From NCBI RefSeq assembly GCF_018350175.1, contig NC_058369.1, positions 26,042,001 to 26,106,000 on the forward strand: a DNA stretch of 64,000 nt. Reading direction: 5' to 3'. Under the pieces are notes generated by a model. That model had not been told where the DNA came from. It was given only the letters and a program-made list of their open reading frames with translations, and searched no databases. Positions 12,978 through 24,150 of this stretch are shown piece after piece. How positions within the stretch are numbered: the first letter of the stretch is position 1; each line of letters starts with the position of its first letter. Made by a program: the position numbers and the translations under genes. The stretch is from Felis catus. Lineage: Eukaryota.

Positions 12978-13297
12978 AAAAACATTTTTTTACGTTTATT
13001 CATTTTTGAGAGAGATTGTGAGGAGGGGAGGGGCAGAGAGAGAGGGAGACACAGAATCTGAAGCAGGCTCCAGGCTCTGAGCTGTCAGCACAGAGCCCCA
13101 TGTGGGGGCCTGAACCCACGAACAGCAAGATCATGATCTGAGCTGAAGTCGGATGCTCAACTGACTGAGCACCCAGGTGCCCCTGTAATTTTTTTAAAGA
13201 TTTTATTTTTAAGTAATCTATGCCCAATGTGGGGCTTGAATTTGCAACCCTGAGATCAAGAGTCACATGCTCCACTGACTGAGCCAGCCTGGTGCCC
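12978..13297 (-). mobile_element. Nested CanSINEs: long (12978-13183) inserted in the tail of short (13190-13297)
   Basis: Outer TSD tctcctatt[g/a]taattt; inner TSD tgtaatttt[c/t]ttaaa. Confidence 0.92.
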
Positions 13298-14079
13298 TCT
13301 CCTATTATAATTTAAAGTAACCATTGAGATTGCATGAATGTCCTGGACCCCAACAATTTTCACCTATCAATCAACTCATTTTGTGGGGGAAATCATCTTG
13401 AGTTATAATCTCCTGCTGACAACACATGCGTCTTATGTAATTAGCAATTAATTATGTGTGTGTGAGTAATTTTTATTTTTTAAATGTAGCTAGTGGCTGG
13501 TTGACTCCCATTTGTATTATAAACATTGGCTTTTACATTTTCCCAAATTTGGAAGCTTTACCATCCTATTTTGAATGATTCCCAGGAGAGGTATTTACAT
13601 CTTACAGCCAGAGGTGGTATGGTGTCTTTAAAAAAAAAAAATCAGTTTAAAAAATCAAGTGAAAAAAAATTTTAAATCAATTAAATTTTTGAATGCCTTC
13701 TGAAGTTGCTTCTAGAACCACAATTGGGATTCTTAAATATCTCACAGATTTCAGAAAAACGCTTTTTTAAACTGGGCAGGCAGTTCTTTCATGTCACAAG
13801 TTATTCTTTTTGATTGAAATAGAGCGTTGGGTGGCCAAGAAGGGAGTATTTGAGTGGGAGCCACTGGAAAATGTCGAGTTGGTGGAGTTGATGCTCTAGG
13901 GTATGTTCTCCTTTCCCCAAACCCCTGTCCCTAAGAAACTGCAGAGGAGAGATTTCCAAATGAGGGCCCTTTGCCTATGAGGGTTGGGGTGCTTGGCAAT
14001 CTTACAAATCAGTCCAGAATCTTCACTGTGCTGATCAGGAGGTAGAAGAACAAGGGTTGGAGAGTATTCAAGCCCACAG

Positions 14080-14277
14080 ATAGTCAGAAAGACCTGGTTC
14101 TAAGTCCTGGCTCCACCTTTCACCACCACTGTGGCCTTGGGCAAGTGTCTTAGCCCCAGTTTCCCTGTCTGTGAAATGGGGATAATAATGGGTCTTGGCC
14201 TCCTAGGTTTGTTGGAAAGATGAAAGGAGATGATTGCATGAAATGTTTAACACAAGGCCTAGTACACACTGAAAGCA
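14080..14277 (+). mobile_element. MIR
   Basis: agacctggttctaagtcctggctccacc...tgtggccttgggcaagt...cagtttccctgtctgtgaaatggggataataat. Confidence 0.8.
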
Positions 14278-14332
14278 TGATGCATGTTGATTGAATGCAT
14301 TTTGAGTCCTTAAAAGGGTTAAACCTATTTTA

Positions 14333-14597
14333 TGTATGTATGTATGTATGTATGTATGTATTTATGAAAGATTGAGAGAGAGGGCACGAAAGAAGGTAGG
14401 GGCAGAGAGAGAGAGGGAGAGAGAGAATCCCAAGCATGCTCCATGCTGTCAGTGCACAGCCTGACATGTGGCTTGATCCCACATGAGATCATGAGATCAT
14501 GACCTGAGATATGACCTGAGATCATGACCTGAGCTGAAATCAAGAGTCCAATGCTTAAGAGTCTGATGCTCAATTGAGTGAGCCACCCAGCTGCCCC
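14333..14597 (-). mobile_element. CanSINE with (TATG)n tail and internal duplications
   Basis: Perfect TSD ttaaacctatttta (14319-14332, 14600-14613). Confidence 0.92.
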
Positions 14598-15278
14598 TAT
14601 TAAACCTATTTTAATTTAAAACCTACATTTACTTGCCAATTATTTTCAAACACCCATGTTCTTGGTTTTATTTATTGCTGTTTATTCAACAAATAAGTAT
14701 TAGCCCATATTATCAGAGATTCACATATAAAGTTTTGGTTTACCACATGAATTTAAGAAATGAGGTCACCAAGTTACATACATTTATTCTGTTCTATGCT
14801 TGATAGACCCAATCTGACTGGTGGTAGTGAGGAGTAGCACTGGCCACTTTCAGCGTCATTATTATTCTAGAAATAAAGTCCTAACCGGAGAGATTCATTC
14901 CACAAAAATTACCTGACCTTCTGTGCTGTGCCAGGCACCGCTCCTCCAAAGCCAGGGTATGAATCTGCCCTGTGGAACCCATGTGTGGTGGCTGATCACC
15001 TATCTTTCCATGTAGGACCAGGACTTTTTTTCTGACCGTGCACTGGCTGGAGACCCGTGGATTTCCTTGCACAAAACGTGTTCAAAATGCATCACCTAAT
15101 TTCTAGTTTTGACATATTTAAGGTAGAGTAAGGACACGTGTTGAAGTGGTGTGAGTACAGAATCCTTCTGGATTTTTGTTCCCTCTCCCCTGCCACCTTA
15201 CTTCTTATAGTAATTTTTTCTACACATAATTCAACAGTCCCCCAAAATGAAGGAGTTGAGAGCCATCTGTGGTCCCCC

Positions 15279-15482
15279 ATGGTTACCAGAGAAATCAGTT
15301 ACATTTGAATTTCAGATAAACAATGAATAACTTTTAGTAGAACTATGCCACATGTGGCAGGCAATTTTCTCTTTGTTATGAAGTCATTGAATGGGATATA
15401 CTTACACTAAACAATTATTGTTTATCTAAATTCATATTTAACTGGATATTCTGTATTTTATTTGCAAAATCTGGCAACCCTA
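15279..15482. mobile_element. MER53-like palindromic hAT MITE
   Basis: Ends ggttaccaga...tctggcaacccta; internal arms cagttacatttgaatttcagataaacaa / ttgtttatctaaattcatatttaactg. Confidence 0.85.
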
Positions 15483-17145
15483 CGTCCCACTGGCTGCTCG
15501 TTTTCATGTTTGCTGCAAGGTAGTATTTGCAGTTTCCCGAGTGTCCTAGGAGAAAACCATAGTGGCATCTCTTCATGCTGTGGCTTTGGGCACTGGGGTA
15601 GGGGCCAGATTAGTAATTAGCTAACCATGACCTCACCCATGAGGAATGTGCTCTTGCTAGGTATTAGCGAGAGGTTTAGGCTCTCGGGAGCCATTGTCAG
15701 AAGCCTGTCAGTGACATCATCAGCTGGAAAAGCCAGCTTCCAGGCCTCAGGAAAAAGCTAGAAAGACAGGGCTCCAGTTTTGGTAATAAATGGAAATGGA
15801 TTTTCATAGGTGGGGTGTGGAGGAATTTGTTACGACAGGAAACCTGATGGAGCCTCCTGCCTGTGTGCAGCCCCCAGCCAAGTTTCAGGGTTCTGATGAA
15901 CAACCAGAAGCTTCTAACGCGGCATGCGATTATACTCTTGGCCCAGTGCCCTGGAAAAGTTGGCTTGTTCTCGGCGAACACTCCAGGAGCTGTAAAAGGG
16001 GGTGTCAGAACTGCTTTGTAGCTCTGAGTGGGCCCCTTACATTGGGGAGGAAGGGAGGCTAATGTGGTAAGTGTTCATTATGCTGCTCAGAGCAACTCTA
16101 GAAAATGCATCCTTGGTACCATCTGGTCCCTCCATTTGGGGATGGGGAGCTTTGGGCAAAGGGGTCAAGTTGTCTGGATTCAGACACTCAAAAAAAAATC
16201 CTCTTTTTCCTTGTGAATTGGAAGAAACAGCAAGCTTTTACATTTTTTTTTAATTTTTAAAGGCTAATTTACTGTACATGACTGGGCTGTCGGACTAGGA
16301 GGGGACCTGACTTAAATCAAGTGCTGAGTGTGGTAAATAAAGCCATTTAATTTTATTTGAAATCTCCCATAAAACATTCTAGAAAAAGATGGGCTCCAGA
16401 GGTGGGGTTTCTGATCCCAGGGGCTGGGTTTTGCAGGTTTTGCAGGTTTCAGGTTTCTCTGGCCTTTTGGAAGTTTCACTTAAGTAGTTACCCAGGGCAG
16501 TTGTGCCCAGCCAAAGTGCTAATGGCAGGCACACTTTACCAGGTGTGAAGACTTCCGCTAAGCAAGCGGGAGCCTCAGAGCTCAACTTCTGAAGATCTGG
16601 CCTGCATCCCATCTGGCTTTCTTGTCTCGTTAGAATTCAGAAGCATTGACCGTGTGTCTCCAGGTTGGCTCACAAAATGGCAAGGCTGGGACAGATCCTC
16701 CCAAGCCTCCTTTTCTTCCATATCGTCCGCCTGGGGCTCCACCACTCAGTGCTACAGTGGCCCTGGGCAAAGAGCATAGCCTCTTGAAGCCTCTGTTTTG
16801 GCAGCTGTAAGGTGGGATGCTGTCAGTGCCTGTCGCGTGAAGTACCGTAAGCAGGGTGCTCAGCGACAGAGCTGTGACTCCGTAGGTGGCTGATGTTGAC
16901 GGGGCATTTTAGAGGAAGTCATCAGAAGAGTTGAGCCTGAACTGACTTTTGCTTTTGACTATGCCTGGCCATTCATCATTCGGGACCCTCTCCATCTCTC
17001 TGATCCCTCTGTAAAAGTGGTGTGCCTGGAGTTGCCCTAGGAACCAAGGGCAAAGCCTCTCTAGTGAGCAGCTTCTGCAATACCCACTTAGTCCTCTGTG
17101 TAAGCTTTCATTATTCATGGATATTCTTTAAAAATGAAAAATTGA

Positions 17146-17788
17146 TGGGAATGCAAGCTGGTGCAGCCACTCTGGAAAACAGTATGGAGGTTCTTCAAAA
17201 AACTAAAAATAGAACTACCCTATGACCCAGCAATTGCACTACTAGGCATTTATCCACGGGATACAGGTGTGTTGTTTCGAAGGGACACATGCACCCCCAT
17301 GTTTATAGCCGCACTTTCAACAATAGCCAAAGTATGGAAAGAGCCCAGATGTCCATCGATGGATGAATGGATAAAGAAGATGTGGTATATATATACAGTG
17401 GAATATTACTCGGCAATCAAAAAGAATGAAATCTTGCCATTTGCAACTACGTGGATGGAACTGGAGGGTGTTACGCTAAGTGAAATTAATCAGAGAAAGA
17501 CAAAAATCATATGACTTCACTCATATGAGGACGTTAACAGACAAAACAGATGAACATAAGGGAAGGGAAACAAAAATAATATAAAAACAGGGTGGGGGAC
17601 AAAACATAAGAGACTCTTAAATATGGAGAACAAAAGAGGGTTACTGGAGGGGTTGTGGGAGGGGGGATGGGCTAAATGGGTAAGGGGCATTAAGGAATCT
17701 ACTCCTCAAATCATTGTTGCACTATATGCTAACTAATTTGGATGTAAATTTTAAAAAAATAAAAAATAAAATAAAAAAGGATTATAAA
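17146..17788 (+). mobile_element. Young 5'-truncated felid L1 (ORF2 C-terminus open, 3'UTR, A tail)
   Basis: ORF 17161-17514 [31 protein letters not shown]...; TSD aaaaatgaaa[a/c]attga (17130-17145, 17789-17804); TT/AAAA endonuclease site. Confidence 0.95.
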
Positions 17789-18114
17789 AAAAATGAAACA
17801 TTGAAACATAGTTCTCAAGAGGACCTTCTGGCCCTGTGTCCCCCACTGCAGCACATTTATTCCAAGCGACTGGCAAAATCATCCTTTTCTTTGTTAGAAT
17901 GTGGCTTTCTTGCCCCGTGACAAGTGGCTCATCACATCTGTGAGAAAGGAGGCTTGACGCAATAGCTTTGGGCACCAGTTCCTGAGTTCCTGGGTGCACG
18001 TGATTTCCTTTCTTGTTCCCCATTCACCTCTCTTTGGGTCTGTCTGCCTCAGGTCCATTCCCAGTCAAGGAAAAGGTCGAGTGGGGCTTTTGGTGTGAGT
18101 GGATTCTCATGGTT

Positions 18115-18292
18115 GTCAACAATGATTCTGAACCCTTAGAACCAACTCGAAAGCTTTAAAAATTGTGGATACCTGTCCCCACCCCAAAGAAATCCTCGTT
18201 TTGTTTTCTTTGGGAGAGGGCCACTGCCTTTTTTTTCTTTTTTTCTTTTAAAGCTTTTCAGATAATTCCAGTATGTAGTCAGGGTTGAAGCT
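18115..18292. mobile_element. MER5-type hAT MITE, decayed
   Basis: ttagaaccaactcgaaagctttaaaaatt..tacctgtccccacccc..aagcttttcagataattccagtatgtagtcagggttgaa. Confidence 0.6.
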
Positions 18293-18632
18293 CAAGTGAT
18301 TTCTGTGAGCAATAGAGGTGTTGAGACTTGAGAAGAAAGTTTGGATAAGCAAACCTCAGGTGGGACCAAGGTCATGACCACCATTAACAGCAGAGCAACC
18401 CTGTGGCCTGTGAGTGGGGAGAGGCTCAATTTATTTTACTCCCATTTTGCATATAATTTGAATTGATTGTAACGGTGTATTTTATAACTCGGGAAAATAG
18501 ATAATGATCAGGATAAAACATTCCGTATATATCAGTACCAGCACAAGAGGTGAATGGGATCCCTTCAAATTAAGAACTTCTTCCAATAGGGCTGCTGGAA
18601 TTCAAAGCCATTTTTGTAACTGGGCTGAAACA

Positions 18633-18841
18633 ATTTTTTTTTTTTTTTGCCTTTATTTATTTTTGAGAGACAGAGCACAAGTGGAGGAGGAGCAGAGAGA
18701 GAAGGAGACACAGAATCCAAAGCAGGCTTCAGGCTCTGAGCTGTCAGCACAGAGCCCAACGTGGGGCTCAGACTCACAAACCGCGAGATGGTGACCTGAG
18801 CTGAAGGCTGACGCTTAACCGACTGAGCCACCCAGTGCCCC
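18633..18841 (-). mobile_element. CanSINE
   Basis: Flanked by tgtaactggg direct repeats. Confidence 0.92.
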
Positions 18842-18888
18842 TGTAACTGGGTTTAAAACAGTCCTAGCCCCTCTTTAGAATTTCCTCA

Positions 18889-19106
18889 GGGGCGCCTGGG
18901 TGGCTCAGTCAGTTAAGCGTCCGACATTGGCTCAGGTCATGATCTTGCAGTTCCTGAGTTCGAGCCCCGTGTTGCGCTCTGTGCTGACAGCTCAGAGCCT
19001 GGAGCCTGCTTTGGATTCTGTGTCTCCCTCTTTCTCTGCTCCTCCCCTGCTTATACTCTGTCTCTCTCAAAAATAAATAAACATTAAAAAAAATTAAAAA
19101 AAAAAA
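18889..19106 (+). mobile_element. CanSINE
   Basis: Perfect TSD agaatttcctca (18877-18888, 19107-19118). Confidence 0.93.
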
Positions 19107-19916
19107 AGAATTTCCTCATAAGTGCTGCTGGCCCTCCTCTCCTCCGAGGGTGGATTTGATTGTTAATGTCCCAATCATTTGGCACCCAGCCTGGTGAGAC
19201 AGGCAGCCGAGTAAGAGGGGAAACAGGGCCTCGGTCAGAAAACCAGGATAACGAGTGCCCTGGCTGGATACTCTTTTCTGTCGAGAGAAGCCCCAGAAGC
19301 TGCAAAAATCAGTTTCCAGACTGTTTTGTGTGCAGTGGCCATGACATTTATGGGGATGGCAGATTGTCCTCTGAGCAGCCAGAGCAGCAGCACACAGCTG
19401 TATAGTTCTTGGGCTGGCAGACGCCTGAGTCGTGCACTGACCCATCCCACGGGGTGTCAGGGGTGGTGTGATCTGTGTGCTCTGAGGACATTAGGGAGCA
19501 CAGCTGTTGTGTAAAGGTCATGCCCTTCCTGCTCTGAGAGAGACCTATACAGAAGGCTGATTCAGGAATCCGGTGTCCTTGCTGAGTCTGGTTTGTGTGC
19601 CTCCTCCACTCCCTGTGTTCATGGGGGCATTTGTATCCACTAGGAAGCTGACATGTACGTCTCTCAGCACTGTGCTAAGTGTTTTCCATTCCTGCCAGGT
19701 GTAGGCACTGTCGACCCATTTTACAGAAGAGGAAAACTGAGGTTTCGGGAGGGTGAGATCTTGTGGTAGTGGAATGGGATGTTAACTGAGTGGTCGCTTC
19801 CCTCTATACTGTAGATTGTAAATCCATCTGGGCCTTTTTACTTTAATCTAGATTCCAGCCCTTAAAAAAATGCGATTAAACAGTTTTAGGTAAATCTATT
19901 AATTTCTAAAGGAATT

Positions 19917-20126
19917 AAAAAAAATTTTTTTTTAATTTATTTTTGAGAGAGAGAGAGAGTGCAAGCTGGGGAGGGGCAGAGAGAGAGGGAGACACAGAAT
20001 CTGAAGCAGGCTCCAGGCTCTGAGCCGTCAGCACAGAGCCTGAAGTGGGGCTCGAACCCACAAACCATGAGATCATGACCTGAGCTGAAGTCAGACGCTC
20101 AACTGACTGAGCCACCCAGGCGCCCC
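19917..20126 (-). mobile_element. CanSINE
   Basis: TSD tc[t/c]aaaggaatt. Confidence 0.92.
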
Positions 20127-20654
20127 TCCAAAGGAATTTTTTTAAAAGACAGGTTGTATTCAGTACTTAGCTATAATTAAAGTCTATTCGTTTCACAAAC
20201 TAGTGAATGCTTAGTAGCTTTACAGGTACTGTGCTAGGGACGTGTTTTTGTCTTCACATACCTTAGAGTGAAGGAAAAAAAGCCAGAGAATGAGTGCACA
20301 GGTCACTGTGGCATGTTTTGTAGGAGAAAGTCCTTACATTGCCTCTCAGAGGCAATGTGGGCTGTCAGGGAAGGCCTGTGGCAAGGGTGGGGCTGGTGAA
20401 CAGTGGAGTTTAAAGGGGCAGATTCAGGAGACAGGAGGTTCTGGGCTGCAGAACCGCCAGGGCCCAGGAGTGGGAAGTGAATGCAGGAATGTGAGAGCTC
20501 CTGGTATCTATCACCTGCTGGCTGGCCTCAGTGCTTAGTACTTGACTGGCCTCAGTGCTTAGTACTTGCTGAGTCTGGGACCATCAGTTATGATGTTGGC
20601 CGGGTTACGAGGAACCTTGAAAGAAATGAAAAAGGGCTTGGGTTTGATGGTGTA

Positions 20655-20825
20655 GACCTGTCCACCAGCCACATGTAGCTAGTTAAATTTAAATTAATTA
20701 AATAATTAAATTTAAATTTAGCATCTTAGTCACACTAACCACATTTCAAGTGCTCAGAAGTGTGGTTTAGTATTATGGACGGCGTACATATAAAACATTT
20801 CTATCATCACAGGAACTTATATGAA
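20655..20825 (-). mobile_element. MER3/MER33-like hAT MITE
   Basis: agccacatgtagctagttaaatttaaattaatt...agtcacactaaccacatttcaagtgctca...acatttctatcatcacaggaact. Confidence 0.75.
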
Positions 20826-20833
20826 ATGGTGGT

Positions 20834-21026
20834 GCCAAATCTGAACCTCTGCCTGTTTTTGTAAATAAAGTTTTATTGGGACACAGGCCACAAAGCACTC
20901 ATTTGCATATTGCCTATAGCCACTTTCTCACTACAATAATAGATTTGAATAGTTACAACATGTGACTTGTAAACCCAAAAATATTTGCTGTGTGGCCCTT
21001 TGCGGAAAATGTTTGCTGGCCCCTGC
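20834..21026 (+). mobile_element. MER58A-like hAT MITE
   Basis: gcctgtttttgtaaataaagttttattgg...tggccctttgcggaaaatgtttgctggcccctg. Confidence 0.85.
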
Positions 21027-21299
21027 CACAGACCATAGAGAGCAACAGAAAGTGTTCATGCCGGGAGTAACATAAATGATTGTATTTATGGCCTGAGAGG
21101 ATAATTCAAGGATGGTGGATAGGCTATATTGGTTGGGAGACCTATTCACAGTGACCTCCAAGGGTCCCCATGAGAGATGACCAAGGCCATGCCCTGACAG
21201 GTGCAATTTCACTAATCTATGGCCCATTTAGCAAAACGTCCATTACTGAAATCCTTTCCTTTCTTGGTTCTAAAAATTATTAATTGGAGCCTGGAATTT

Positions 21300-21400
21300 G
21301 TTTTAAAGACTTTATTTTTTTAAGTAATGTCTACACCCAACGTGGGGCTCAACCCCATGACCCCAAGATCAAGAGTTGCGTGTTCTACTGACAGGCCCCC
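21300..21400 (-). mobile_element. Short-type CanSINE
   Basis: taagtaatgtctacacccaacgtggggctcaac...agatcaagagttgcgtgttctactgac. Confidence 0.85.
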
Positions 21401-21544
21401 TGGAGCCAGGATTCTTCACTTTTGTGTCTTGGACTCCATTGGCTTTCTGAAGACTGTGCTCTTCTCCTTGTGCATAAGATCATATATATGGGGTTACAAA
21501 GGAAACAATCATATTGAAATGCACTTATCATAACTAAATTTTTG

Positions 21545-23182
21545 CCACAACTGTGTGGTCGACTAATCTTCACCAAAACAGGAAAGGATAGCCGATGGAA
21601 AAAAGACAGTCTCTTTAACAAAATGTGTTGGGAAAACTGGACGGTGACATGCAGAAGAATGAAACTGGACCACATTCTTACACCACACACAAAAATAAAT
21701 TCTAAATGGATGAAAGGCCTAAATGTGAGACAGGATGCCATCAAAATCCTAGAGGACAACACAGGCAGCAACCTCTTTGACCTTGGCTGCAGCAACTTCT
21801 TAGTAGACACGTTGCGGAAGGCAAGGGAAACAAAACAAACGTGAACTATTGGGACTTCATCAAGATAAGCTTCTGCCCAGCAAAGGAAACAATCAACAAA
21901 ACTAAAAGGCAGCTTACAGAATGGAAGAAGATATTTGCAAATGGCATATCTGATAAAGGGTTAGTATCCAAAATCTATAAAAAATTTATCAAACTCAACA
22001 CCCAAAAACCAAATAACCCAGTTCAGAAATGGGCAGAAGACGTGAATAGACACTTTCCAAAGAAGACATCCAGATGACTAACAGACACATGAAAAGACGT
22101 TCAACATCACTCATCATCAGGGAAATAAAAATCAAAACCATGATAAGATACCACCTCATACCTATCAGAATGACTGAAATTAACGACACAAGAAACAACA
22201 GGTGTTGGCAAGGATGCAGAGAAAGGGGAACCCTCTTGCACTGTTGGTGGGAGTGCAAACTAGTGCAGCCATTTGGGAGAACAGTGGAGGTTCCCCAAGA
22301 AACTAAAAATAGAACTACCCTACGATTCCAGCAATTGCACTATTAGGTATTTGGCCAAAAGGATACAAAAATACAAATTTGGAGGTGTACATGCACCCCA
22401 ATGTTTATACAATAGCCAAACTATGGAGAGAGCCCAGATGTCCATCAACTGATGAATGGATAAGGATGTGGTACACATATACAACAGAATATTACACAGC
22501 CATCAAAAAGAATGAAATCTTACCATTTGCAATGATGTGGTTGGAGCTAGAAGGTATTACACTAAGTGAATAAGTCAAATAGAAAAAGAACAAATACCAT
22601 GTGATTTCACTCATATGTGGAATTTAAAGAACAAAACACATGGGAAGGGGGGGGAGTAGAGAGAGGGAAACAAACCACAAGTTACTCTTAATGATAGAGA
22701 ACAGGGGCACCTGGGTGGCTCAGTTGGTCAAGCGTCTGACTTTGGCTCAGGTCATGATCTCAAGATTTGTGAATTCAAGCCCCACATCAGGCTCTGTGCT
22801 GATGGCTCAGAGCCTGCAGCCTGCTTCGGATTCTCTCTCTCTCTCTCTCTCTCTGCCCCTCCCCTGCTCGTGCTGTTTCTTTCTCTCAAAAATAAATAAA
22901 CATTAAAAAAATATATACTGGAAGCAGTTAATGAACAACCATAGCAAGTCAATGCAGTTATGTGCACAAAGATTATTTTAAAAAAAAAGAGAGAGAGAAC
23001 AAACAGGGCTGATGGAGGGAGATGGGTGGGGGATGGGCCACATGGGTGACGGGTATTAGGTAGGGCACTGTTATGATGAGCACCGCATCACAGTGTTGTA
23101 TGTAAGTGATGATCACTGAATTCTACTCCTGAAACCAATATTGCACTGTATGTTGGCTAACTAAAATTTAAATAAAAAAGAG
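21545..23182 (+). mobile_element. 5'-truncated carnivore/felid L1 (frameshifted ORF2 3' part plus 3'UTR)
   Basis: Collinear ORF pieces WKKDSLFNKMCWENW.., [11 protein letters not shown].., [12 protein letters not shown].., EPRCPSTDEWI; TSD aaatttttg (21536-21544, 23183-23191). Confidence 0.95.
22704..22988 (+). mobile_element. CanSINE in the L1 3'UTR, carrying an extra 68-nt 3' segment
   Basis: Body 22704-22911; non-SINE segment 22912-22979; A9; TSD ga[t/g]agagaaca. Confidence 0.9.
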
Positions 23183-23359
23183 AAATTTTTGAACACAGTA
23201 ACAAACACACATGTATTTAGATGTTTAATGAGATCTAGCAGCTAGTCCAGTAACGTTTGCCATGATTTTGATGTAGTGATGAGCATACAGCGTATTTTGA
23301 GATATTGTTGGTGACAAAACCACAGGTGCTGCTAATACACCTGTGTTTTATGGTGCCTT

Positions 23360-23392
23360 TTTTTTTGGTAATTTTTTAAAATGTTTATTTAT

Positions 23393-23443
<51 letters not shown>

Positions 23444-23630
23444 TGTGCGCACAAGAGAGAGAGAGAGTGCAGGGGAGAGGCAGAGAGAGAGGGAGACACA
23501 GAATCTGAAGTGGGCTCCAGGCTCTGAGCTGTCAGCACAGAGCCCAACGTGGAGCTTGAACTCACAAGCTGCAAGATCATGACCTGAGCCAAAGTCAGAT
23601 GCTTAGCCGACTGAGCCACCCAGACACCCC
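23360..23630 (-). mobile_element. CanSINE with expanded (AG)~23
   Basis: TSD ttatggtg; AG run 23394-23440. Confidence 0.92.
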
Positions 23631-23929
23631 TTATGGTGTCCATTCCATAATGGGACAGTATGCTACATTTTAGTTAGAGGTTACCAAAGACAAAGATTTC
23701 ACTTTTTTCCTATTCAAGCTCAAAGGCTCCCCCACCCCTACCCCCCTGTCCTGCCTTCCCCTGTAAGAATCCCTGACTTAGACGGTCTCTCGTAGGAAGC
23801 TGTGACATAATTGAGGATGGTGGCTTGTCTTGCTAACTGTCCCGGACATTTGGCTTCCTAGTAGATCATGTGGGAAGTTCCATTTCTGACTGCTTTGTGA
23901 GATGTTCTTTAGAAATGTAAAGATGAGGC

Positions 23930-24150
23930 CAAGAAGAAAGGGGATGTATCAGAGGAGGCTGAATCTTGAAGGCTGAATCTAAGAAACCCACAGGGTGAAA
24001 GACATGAAAGGGAGGCATTCTGAATAGAAGGGGCAGCGGGAGCACAGGCCAGGGAATAGGGAGGGCCAGCCAGCTGGGGACACTGGCAGAGGCCAGCCAT
24101 GGGGGCCTTGGGGCACTGAGGAGTTCAGACTTTGCTAGGGTGTTTTGTGG
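23930..24150 (-). mobile_element. L2 fragment
   Basis: agaggaggctgaatcttgaaggctgaatctaagaa..gggaggcattctgaatagaaggggcagc..agcacaggcc resembles reverse L2. Confidence 0.55.

Larger units (their letters stand above)
21407..23775 (-). mobile_element. Charlie4a-like hAT element split by an L1 and a SINE
   Basis: Termini caggattcttcac / gtaagaatccctg; internal ggttacaaaggaaac, agatctagcagc, gtagtgatgagcat, ttggtgacaaa, ttagttagaggtta. Confidence 0.75.

Noticed and set aside
20678..20722. AT-rich near-palindrome taaatttaaattaatta...taattaaatttaaattta
   Set aside because: Intrinsic to the MER3/MER33-like element.
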